NCBI GenBank assembly: GCA_044892505.1
Contig: JBJFYY010000020.1
Location: 124,001-188,000 of the forward strand
DNA from: Schmidtea nova
Taxonomy: Eukaryota
Length of the DNA: 64,000 nucleotides
Direction: 5' to 3'
Shown here: positions 35,743 to 44,825 of the stretch, piece by piece
Position numbering within the stretch: the stretch's first letter is position 1
Layout: each line of letters starts with the position of its first letter
Position numbers and translations under genes: made by a program
Notes under the pieces: generated by a model
Database searches by the model: none
The model's input: only the letters and a program-made list of their open reading frames with translations
Told to the model about the DNA's origin: nothing

Positions 35743-36121
35743 ATGGAGTAAGATTTTTAATTGATTAGTTATTTATTTTTTAAATAGTTCTTTTCAGGTA
35801 TTACAACAAGGTAAAAAACTATTGGGAAATCAATTTATTGGAGTATTTCCTCTGGATAAAATACCTTATTTGAAAATGAATCAAGCCATCATTGTAAATA
35901 CTCAGACATCTACATTGGGCGGTGAACATTGGATTGCAGTTTATGTGAAACCAGATCGAATACATGTATTTGATCCATTTGGATATTATTATCCGAATTT
36001 ACTTGTTCGAAAACTACAAACTATCGGTAAACCTATTGTGTATAATAGAATTCGGTATCAGCATCCCTTAACAATCACTTGTGGTGAACATTGCCTTGCA
36101 TGGTTGAAATCAATGTTATAA
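35743..36121 (+). CDS. Adenain-like cysteine maturation protease; join(35743..35747,35788..36121)
   Basis: A 40-nt GTAAGA...AAATAG intron gives MDSFQVLQQGKKLLGNQFIGVFPLD. Catalytic GEHW, FDPFG and Q....TCG. Confidence 0.9.
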
Positions 36122-36153
36122 ACAATTTATTTTAATAAACTTTATTTGAAAAA

Positions 36154-36555
36154 ATGTCTTGTTATTTTATCGATTTTTATGGATATAATGAAATGGGTGG
36201 AACAACAATTAAGGAATTATGTATTATGAATGTTAATAATATTTTCACACCTCAGTATTATATATACAGTGATTTATCTTTATGGCCTGATCGTATAGAA
36301 TCGTTTGAAGGACAAGATTATTTTTGCCCAAAATGTATAATGGATGATATCACGGATAAAGGAGCTATTTTCTATGTAACAGATCATGAAAAGATGCATG
36401 TTTTGAAGAAGTATTTCCCCAAATTACGATTAATTAAATATAATTATAAAGAAGTTGAATATGTTCCTGAAAACATTTCATGTCCCTATAAAGATCATTG
36501 CATGTGTGCCTATAAAGGGTGCTTGTCTGCTGTTGTCGATTATTTAAAGCAATAA
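36154..36555 (+). CDS. Polinton-associated small protein (IDxxG...IKEL N-terminus, Cys/His C-terminus; possibly a DEDD/RNase H-like fold)
   Basis: YFIDFYGY...IKELCI...; IFYV...EK..VL; CPYKDHCMCAYK. Fold assignment is from memory of similar proteins and unverified. Confidence 0.55.
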   Translation: MSCYFIDFYGYNEMGGTTIKELCIMNVNNIFTPQYYIYSDLSLWPDRIESFEGQDYFCPKCIMDDITDKGAIFYVTDHEKMHVLKKYFPKLRLIKYNYKEVEYVPENISCPYKDHCMCAYKGCLSAVVDYLKQ

Positions 36556-36915
36556 ATGTATTTTATTATTTTTTATTATTTTTATTAATTATTATTTTAA
36601 TTAATTATTATTTTTATTATTATTAATTATAAATATTATTATTTTCATCACAAAGGCATGACCAGTGCGTGATCAATGCGTGATAAGCACATGTCATGTC
36701 TTTGTCACGATACAAAGCAATATCGTGACGTCAAACACACATAAACAAAGGTATATTATGTGTGCAGTATGTGTGCATGTATTTGTCTATCCTATCTCGA
36801 TTCTGATTGGTCGGTTAATAAATTTCACCTTTATATAGTATATACTTGAATTATTTCGTCACTTTTTACTCACAAATTTTTATAATCAATTTCAAATTAT
36901 TTTAAAGAAGAAAAT

Positions 36916-38955
36916 ATGCAAAATTTAAATCTAATTATGCCACGAAGAATCGCCGGAGGTCTAAAAAGTAAAATTATTAATTTTTATTTTATTATATTTA
37001 TATTATGTTATTTCTAGGTGTTAATTTAGCTAATAATATGTCAGGATTTTTGATAAACGGACTCAGAAATCAAAATAACTTAATTGGTAAAAATTTATAC
37101 TATTTTATTTTGTTTATTATTAAACTTTTAGGTAATAATTTCCAAAACGTAGATATAGATGCCTCTCTTATTGATGATGATGTACCGATTATTGATGTCC
37201 CGATTATTGATGTTCCGAACTATACTGATGTCCCGAACTATATTAATGGACAGAGTTTTAAAAACTCTAAAAAATGTAATTTTTATATTAGTATTTTATA
37301 TGATGATAATGTAATTATATGATTTTTTTTTTTTAAAAAATTTAATTACTATCTTTTAAATAAATTATTAATATTATCAATGATGATGGTACTTTTTTAT
37401 AATGAAGAAGATGAATTTTTGTTATTTTAATGAAGAAATTTAATGAAGAATTTTAATGAAAAAGAATGAATTTTTGATGTTTATTAATGAAGAACAAGAT
37501 GATATTTTAAAGACGAAATAATTTTTATTAAGAAGATGAATCTTTTGATATTTTATGAAATAAAGAATAATTTTTTTTATATTTTAATGGTATTTTAATG
37601 ATGAATTTTAATGAAGAAGATAGTATTTTGATATTTTAGGATATTTTTATGAAATAATTAATTTATTGATATTTTAATGATGAATTTTAATGATGAATTT
37701 TAATGAAGAATTATAATGAAGAATCTAATATTTTAATGATGAAAATGAATCTTTTGATATTTTAAAGATATTTTTTATGAAAAAGATTAAGTTATTTTAA
37801 TGCTATTTTATTAATATCTTATAATGGAATAATTATGTTTTTTTTTATGTATAGATATAAAAAACGTTGATTATTATAATATATTTTTTTTTATGCATAG
37901 ATATAAAAAATTATATTTAATATAATATGTAAATGTTTTTAAACAATTACCTATTATTTTAAATATAAATAATTGTTCAAAGAAAAAAAATAAATAAATA
38001 AAAGTTATTATTATCAAAAAATATTATTGTTTAAAATATTTATTAAATAATAAGTTAAATTATATATTTTATTTTAATGTGATTATTTTTTAATTGTAGC
38101 CTTTGATTTAATTTTTTTTCATCATATTCAGGCTCAATATATCAAAATCTTTGCAATAATACTTTCCATAGTGACTGTCATGTCATTATGGAAAAGTATT
38201 ATTCATATAAATATAATGGTGTCACCCACCTCCTCTGCCCAAAATGTAAAATTATAGAAGTTAAACCTTATAAGGAATTTTATCTTTCACATAGGTTACA
38301 TCTTTCGCAATACCAACCTTCTAAAAAATCACTTTTTAATTCTTTATATAAAAATTATATTACTAATAACAATCTTAATAATAATAATAATAACAACATT
38401 AATAATAATAATACAAATAATAGAAATATTTTACAAAATAATAATTTACAAAATAATACAATTACAAATAATTTACAAAATACAAATAATTTACAAAATA
38501 CAAATCATTTACAAAATACAAATACAAATAATTTACAAAATACAAATAATATTAATACAAATAATTTACAAAATACTAATAATCAAATTAATAATCTAAA
38601 TAAAATCAATACACCTAATTTAAATAAACGTAAAAATACAACATTAATGGATTCAGTTCCTAAAAAACTGATCATAATCGACATCAGCGATGATGAAGAT
38701 NNNNNNNNNNNNNNNNNNNNNNNNNNNNNNNNNNNNNNNNNNNNNNNNNNNNNNNNNNNNNNNNNNNNNNNNNNNNNNNNNNNNNNNNNNNNNNNNNNNN
38801 NNNNNNNNNNNNNNNNNNNNNNNNNNNNNNNNNNNNNNNNTGATGAGGATGATCTTATTTATAATAAAAGTAGTAATATCAATATTATATCTGACATAAT
38901 CGTCAATGATGATGAATTTGACGATTATGTTAATATTATAAATAATAATAATTAA
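36916..38955 (+). CDS. Predicted multi-exon Polinton gene: join(36916..36967,37018..37086,37132..37275,38132..38955)
   Basis: Three phase-1 GT-AG introns (50, 45 and 856 nt) give an open frame with DVPII/DVPNY repeats, C..C.FH..C...CPKC, an Asn-rich linker and IIIDISDDED. It spans an N gap, so the frame beyond 38700 is uncertain. Confidence 0.5.
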
Positions 38956-38961
38956 ATTGGA

Positions 38962-41900
38962 ATGGGTATTGTTGAAGTTACTTCCGACTTGAACGATACC
39001 CATTTTATTATAAAAATGGATGTTTCTAACTTATTATTAAAAACGGTCTCTGTGCCGGATATATTATTAGAGAAACTAAACTCATATATAATTAAATTAA
39101 AATCAGTTAAAATTCAATTTTGTCTCAAGGTAGAATTTGAGAAAGATGATCAATTACAATCTTTTGTCATCTCAAATTCTGCCAGAGAGTGGAGTGATAC
39201 ATTTATTGAGGAAGGTATCACTAATTTAAATGAGAAGATTGTCCAGATTAACGAAAAGGGGAGTAATTGGACAATCTCCAAAATCGAATATATTAGTTTT
39301 TTAGTCACTAAATTTTCAGAAATTAGTCGATTGAGCGGCAGCAGTTATATCGAAACGCCGAATACTTTAAGAAATTTAAGTTGCCTTGTTAATGTCCAAA
39401 ATAACGACACCTATTGCTTTTTATATAGCTTTTTAGCAGTAGTTAAATACGATAGTATTGAACGCCAATACAGACATAGGACTACTTCTTATGATCTTTC
39501 CCAAATTGTTTTTGACCCCAACGACATGCCCATGAAATTAGTTAACATAAAGAAATTTGAGAGACAAAACAGTGGCTATAGTATAAATGTCCTGACATAT
39601 GACGAAAAGGCCCAAATAGATGTAAGCGAAAAAGACAATGATGATAATGTCGTCCTTAAACACCCCTTTATAGATATAGTCTACCGTAGTAAAGTAGTCG
39701 GGGCTATTCCCATAAATTTGCTTCTTTTGGAGAAAAAAGATAATTTTCATTATCTTGCGATTACCGACCTGAATCGCTTTTTGAATTGTAGAAATAGTGC
39801 CATCACCCCAGTTAGGATTTGCAGTCAATGGTGCCCTCGTTGCTTGAATGGGTTTAGGAACGACGAAGCCTTTAATCGTCATAAGGGTCTTTGTACCAAA
39901 AATCAGTTGGGTACTACACTGTACACCTTACCAAAAAATAAATTTTTAGAGTTTACTGATTGGAAGAAAACAGTAACTCCTCCTTTCGTAATATATGCAG
40001 ATTTCGAGGCAATATTACCTAAAGATACTGTTCACCACCAAAAACATCTTCCTATTGCTGCAGGTCTACTTCTCATTAACAACTTTACTGGGGTGAGAAT
40101 ATACAAATCTTTTGTAGGGCTAGACTGTGTTGATCAATTCTTAAGAGAAATTGAGTCAATCAGTCGGTATATAGTAACACCTTATTATTATAAAAATTAT
40201 CAAAAACGCATGACTATTACTGCGACCCAACAGCGACAATTTGATAATAGCACTAATTGCTATTTATGCAAAAAACTTTTAGTGGCACCGGTTAGGGATC
40301 ACGACCATTTCACCGGTCTTTATATTGGAGCAGCCTGCTCAGAGTGTAACAAGTCCCGGCAAATACGACACTCTTTGCCCGTAATTTTTCATAACTTGAA
40401 GGGTTACGATTTGCACCATATTTTAAAATATGGTCTTTCCAAATATAACAGTTGGAATATTAGTTGTATACCCTTGACCAGCGAAAAGTTTTTAAGTCTT
40501 TTCGCGTACATCGATAGCCTGACCGTAAAATTTATTGACTCTTATCAGTTTGTAAGTGAGTCTCTAAATAATGCAGTAAAAACACTTACTAGCTTACCTT
40601 TAACAAACTCTGAATTTCGAGGCACTATAGTCACTGCCAAGGGCATTTTTCCATACGACGCTGCCACTTCTTTAGAAGTTTTAAAATCAACCTTGTGTTT
40701 ACCCCCCAAATGGAAAGATATAACTGCTGTCGAGTATGCTGCTGCCCATAAAATCTGGCAAGAAACATCATGTACATCACTGTACGATTACATGATGGTT
40801 TATTTGAAATTGGACGTTTTTTTATTAGCCGATTATTTCCAACAATTTCGGGTAAAATCTATTAACCATAACAGGCTTGAGCCTTTAAATTTTCTCGGAA
40901 TTCCCGGCATGTCGTGGAGTTCCGCTTTATTAACACTTGACTCTCCTATCGAGCTCCTCACCGATATGGAGATGTATAACTTTTTCGAGGGCGGTATTCG
41001 CGGCGGACTAACGTTTGTCAATAAACATTATGTCAAGACGAGCCCGGATACCGCATTACTATATATTGACATTAATAATTTATATGGGTGGGCCTTAAGC
41101 CAACCCCTGCCTTGTGGTAATTTTGAGTGGGTCACTGATGACCAATTATTAAATAACATCGTTTGTGAGTGCACATCGGAAAATCTCGATACACTTCATT
41201 ATGGTTACACCATAGAAGTGGATTTGGAAATTCCGGCATCGATTCACGACAAACTGGATGATCTTCCAGTTGCCGCTGAAAAGATGTGTGCACCGGGATC
41301 CAAGGTTGAGAAGCTGTTGCTAACGCATCTTCCAAAGAAGAATTATGTTCTTCATTGGCGGCTTCTGCAACTATTTATTAAAATTGGTGTGAAGGTAACG
41401 CACATACATCGCGCTATTAAATTTTCGCAAAATAAAATATTTTATAATTATATTAATATCAACACCAGTTTACGAGCTGCATCTACAAATAAACTAGACA
41501 AAAATTTCTACAAATTATTAAATAATAGTCTATACGGGAAAACCGTAGAGAATTTAAAAAAAAGAATTAATTTAAGACTGTGTAACTCGGCACAAAAACT
41601 GCTGACTTACACGTCAAAAGCTAATTTTAAAAAAACTACTAAAATAGACAATGACCTCATCTCTGTATTGCTTCAGAAGGAATCAGTATGTTTGGATAGA
41701 CCCAGCTACATTGGACAAACCGTACTGGATTTATCCAAACTTCGTATGTACCAGCTGCAGTATGAAGAGTTACAAAAATATCGTAACGACTTCAACTGCG
41801 AAATTAACATCGTTGCTGGGGATACTGATTCCTTCTTCTTGGAAATCAAACATCTTGACCTTAACACTCTTTTGACCGCCATGATTCGAGATAGGCTTTT

Positions 41901-42408
41901 GGATACCTCTAATTACGACACTCGTCATACATTGTATAGTAGGTCCCTTGATTCTGTGATTGGCAAATTTAAGGATGAGAATAAGGGTCTACTGTATGAT
42001 GAGTGGGTTTTCTTAAGACCTAAGTGCTATAGTCTTATGGGAGACGAGGCCTGCATGAAAGCGAAGGGGATCTGTTTAAAAGATGCAGGTCTCACACACC
42101 AGTCTTACCTTGACTGTTTTTTAAACGATAAGATATATAATGTCCCCCAGTTCCGCACTACGAGCAAAAATCACCAGCTCTTTAGTATAAAAAGCAATAA
42201 GAGAGCCTTATCTTGTAGGGACGATAAGAGGAACTGGGTGGAAAAAAATAAAAGTTTGGCGTATGGCCACTATATGGGGGGTGACACCAATATATTTATA
42301 GGTGATGATGGATCAGAACAGCAGCATCTTCAACAACAACAACAACAAGGTCCGTCTGATGACCCTTATGATTTCTACGATCCGACTGCTAGGGACTACT
42401 TCGGATGA
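38962..42408 (+). CDS. Protein-primed family B DNA polymerase (pPolB)
   Basis: Exo I YADFE, Exo II FHNLKGYD, Exo III YLKLDV; pol YIDINNLYG, KLLNNSLYGK, GDTDS; EndoVII-like Zn insert CYLC...DHDHFTG...AC..CN; N-terminal ND..CF and HY residues. 1148 codons with no stop. Confidence 0.97.
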   Translation: MGIVEVTSDLNDTHFIIKMDVSNLLLKTVSVPDILLEKLNSYIIKLKSVKIQFCLKVEFEKDDQLQSFVISNSAREWSDTFIEEGITNLNEKIVQINEKGSNWTISKIEYISFLVTKFSEISRLSGSSYIETPNTLRNLSCLVNVQNNDTYCFLYSFLAVVKYDSIERQYRHRTTSYDLSQIVFDPNDMPMKLVNIKKFERQNSGYSINVLTYDEKAQIDVSEKDNDDNVVLKHPFIDIVYRSKVVGAIPINLLLLEKKDNFHYLAITDLNRFLNCRNSAITPVRICSQWCPRCLNGFRNDEAFNRHKGLCTKNQLGTTLYTLPKNKFLEFTDWKKTVTPPFVIYADFEAILPKDTVHHQKHLPIAAGLLLINNFTGVRIYKSFVGLDCVDQFLREIESISRYIVTPYYYKNYQKRMTITATQQRQFDNSTNCYLCKKLLVAPVRDHDHFTGLYIGAACSECNKSRQIRHSLPVIFHNLKGYDLHHILKYGLSKYNSWNISCIPLTSEKFLSLFAYIDSLTVKFIDSYQFVSESLNNAVKTLTSLPLTNSEFRGTIVTAKGIFPYDAATSLEVLKSTLCLPPKWKDITAVEYAAAHKIWQETSCTSLYDYMMVYLKLDVFLLADYFQQFRVKSINHNRLEPLNFLGIPGMSWSSALLTLDSPIELLTDMEMYNFFEGGIRGGLTFVNKHYVKTSPDTALLYIDINNLYGWALSQPLPCGNFEWVTDDQLLNNIVCECTSENLDTLHYGYTIEVDLEIPASIHDKLDDLPVAAEKMCAPGSKVEKLLLTHLPKKNYVLHWRLLQLFIKIGVKVTHIHRAIKFSQNKIFYNYININTSLRAASTNKLDKNFYKLLNNSLYGKTVENLKKRINLRLCNSAQKLLTYTSKANFKKTTKIDNDLISVLLQKESVCLDRPSYIGQTVLDLSKLRMYQLQYEELQKYRNDFNCEINIVAGDTDSFFLEIKHLDLNTLLTAMIRDRLLDTSNYDTRHTLYSRSLDSVIGKFKDENKGLLYDEWVFLRPKCYSLMGDEACMKAKGICLKDAGLTHQSYLDCFLNDKIYNVPQFRTTSKNHQLFSIKSNKRALSCRDDKRNWVEKNKSLAYGHYMGGDTNIFIGDDGSEQQHLQQQQQQGPSDDPYDFYDPTARDYFG

Positions 42409-42990
42409 TGTCAATACTGATGACGATGGCAAGGACGAGAATAATAAATTGAAAAAAAAAAATCAAAAGAAAAATAATTCAAAAACCAAAAAAAAAAAAA
42501 AAAAAAGAAAATAACCAAAAAGATATGAGAATGTACAATCGGCCCTCTTCAGGGCCACAATTTATGATTGTATAACAAATAATAAAAAAAAATTTAGATA
42601 ACCGAAAACAGAAACGAAATAATGAAAACAGAACCCAAATAAAAAAAATAATTAAATAAATAAAAGATTAAGAAAACCGAAAAGAAACCAATAATGAAAA
42701 TTAACAGAAAATGAAAGGAAACAAATGATGAAAAGAAAAAATATTGTGCACGAAATAATGGTCCTCTTTAGGGCCTTCAAATTATGATTGTAATATAAAT
42801 TGCGCAATCAATTAAAACTACGGATTTATTAGTTATTTTTTTTATGTATCATTTATTTGTATAAGTTATTAATATTTTTTATAATTTTTTTTATAAGTGA
42901 TTAATATTTTTTTATAAGTTTTTATAAGTTATTATCTTTACTTTTTTTTATAAGTTATTTTAATAAGTTATTATTATTAAAAGTTTACAA

Positions 42991-42991
<1 letters not shown>

Positions 42992-43082
<91 letters not shown>

Positions 43083-43115
43083 AAGTATTTATAATTATTA
43101 TTATTAATATTACAA

Positions 43116-43180
<65 letters not shown>

Positions 43181-43196
43181 AAGTATTTATAATTAT
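42992..43196. repeat. (ATT)n microsatellite running into a gap
   Basis: Long pure ATT tracts interrupted by ACAAGT units. Confidence 0.95.
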
Positions 43197-43800
43197 NNNN
43201 NNNNNNNNNNNNNNNNNNNNNNNNNNNNNNNNNNNNNNNNNNNNNNNNNNNNNNNNNNNNNNNNNNNNNNNNNNNNNNNNNNNNNNNNNNNNNNNNNNNN
43301 NNNNNNNNNNNNNNNNNNNNNNNNNNNNNNNNNNNNNNNNNNNNNNNNNNNNNNNNNNNNNNNNNNNNNNNNNNNNNNNNNNNNNNNNNNNNNNNNNNNN
43401 NNNNNNNNNNNNNNNNNNNNNNNNNNNNNNNNNNNNNNNNNNNNNNNNNNNNNNNNNNNNNNNNNNNNNNNNNNNNNNNNNNNATTACANNNNNNNNNNN
43501 NNNNNNNNNNNNNNNNNNNNNNNNNNNNNNNNNNNNNNNNNNNNNNNNNNNNNNNNNNNNNNNNNNNNNNNNNNNNNNNNNNNNNNNNNNNNNNNNNNNN
43601 NNNNNNNNNNNNNNNNNNNNNNNNNNNNNNNNNNNNNNNNNNNNNNNNNNNNNNNNNNNNNNNNNNNNNNNNNNNNNNNNNNNNNNNNNNNNNNNNNNNN
43701 NNNNNNNNAATTATAGTTATTATTACGAGTATTTATTATTATCATTATTATTAATATAATAATTATTATTAATATTATTATTTTGATTATTACTATTATT

Positions 43801-44825
43801 AATTTGTACACGTACACAACGATATATTTATAAATAAATTTTGGCTTTTTAATGTCTTTGTTTATGTTGCACATGTGTTGCACGCATGTGTCTTTGTTTA
43901 GTTTGCATGTGTATTGCAATGTCTTTGTTCATGTTGCACGCGTGTTGCAAAGTCCTTGCACGTGTGTTGCAATGTCTTTGTTAACTTGCACGCATGTTGC
44001 AAAGTCTTTGTTTAGTTTGAAAGATAATAATAATAATAATAATAATTAAATAAAAAGCATTAGTAGCAGAACATTTAGTATCAGAACCCTGGAAGCAGAA
44101 CATTGCGATCAGAACCCTGGAAGCAGAACCTCTTCTGTGATGGTTTTGAAGTGCAAAAGCTTCATACTTGACAAATAATAATTAATTAAACATGCACACA
44201 TATAAAAATGTCTTTGTTTAGTTTGCACACCTGTTGTAAATATTTTTGATGACTCTAATTTTGTCTTATAAAAAAATTAGACTAAAAATAATTTGTGTTA
44301 AAAAAAAATTCGTCTTAAAAAATTTGTCTTAAAAAATTTGTAAAAAAAAAATTTTCAAAAAAAAATTTTGTCTGAAAAAAAATTTTTGAAAAAAAATTTG
44401 GCGCGAAAAAAAATTTTTGAAAAAAAAATTTGGCGGGAAAAAAAAAATTTTTGAAAAAAAAAATTTGGCGCGAAAAAAATTTTTGAAAAAAAAATTTGGC
44501 GCGAAAAAAATTTTTGAAAACAAAAATTTGGCGCGAAAACAATTTTTGAATAAAAAAAAATTTGGCGCGAAAAAATTTTTGAAAAAAAAAATTTGGCGCG
44601 AAAACAATTTTTGAAAAAAAAAATTGGCGCGAAAAAAAAATTTTTGAAAAAAAATTTATGACTCATCGATGACTCATCAAAAAAAAATTTATGACTCATC
44701 GATGACTCATCGATGACTCATCAAAAAAAATTCTACCCCCGGGGGGAGGGGGGTCTTTGTTCTTTTTTTTCCGCCCACGCATGAGTCATAATGTCTTTGT
44801 TCCCGGCTCCACACATCTACCTACT
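43801..44825 (-). repeat. Right TIR of the Polinton (about 1025 bp) with an expanded internal tandem repeat
   Basis: Inverted copy of the left TIR with 8 TTGGCGCGAAA-type units versus 2 on the left. Confidence 0.92.

Larger units (their letters stand above)
27106..44825. mobile_element. Complete Polinton/Maverick (endogenous DNA-virus-like element), about 17.7 kb
   Basis: Identical inverted termini AGTAGGTAGATGTGTGGAGCCGGGAACAAAGAC; 6-bp TSD TACCGA (27100-27105, 44826-44831); full core gene set. Confidence 0.97.

Noticed and set aside
37180-37245. HA-tag-like DVPNY repeats as a vector or synthetic sequence
   Set aside because: Not YPYDVPDYA; native AT-rich codons and part of a local tandem duplication.
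27826-38955. LxCxE Rb-binding oncoprotein to go with the E2F sites
   Set aside because: Only near-matches (SDCME, GSCVE, LLCPK) were seen; no true LxCxE in the accessory ORFs.
44315-44699. Phe/Lys-rich ORFs in the right TIR
   Set aside because: Translation artefacts of the A/T-tract tandem repeat.
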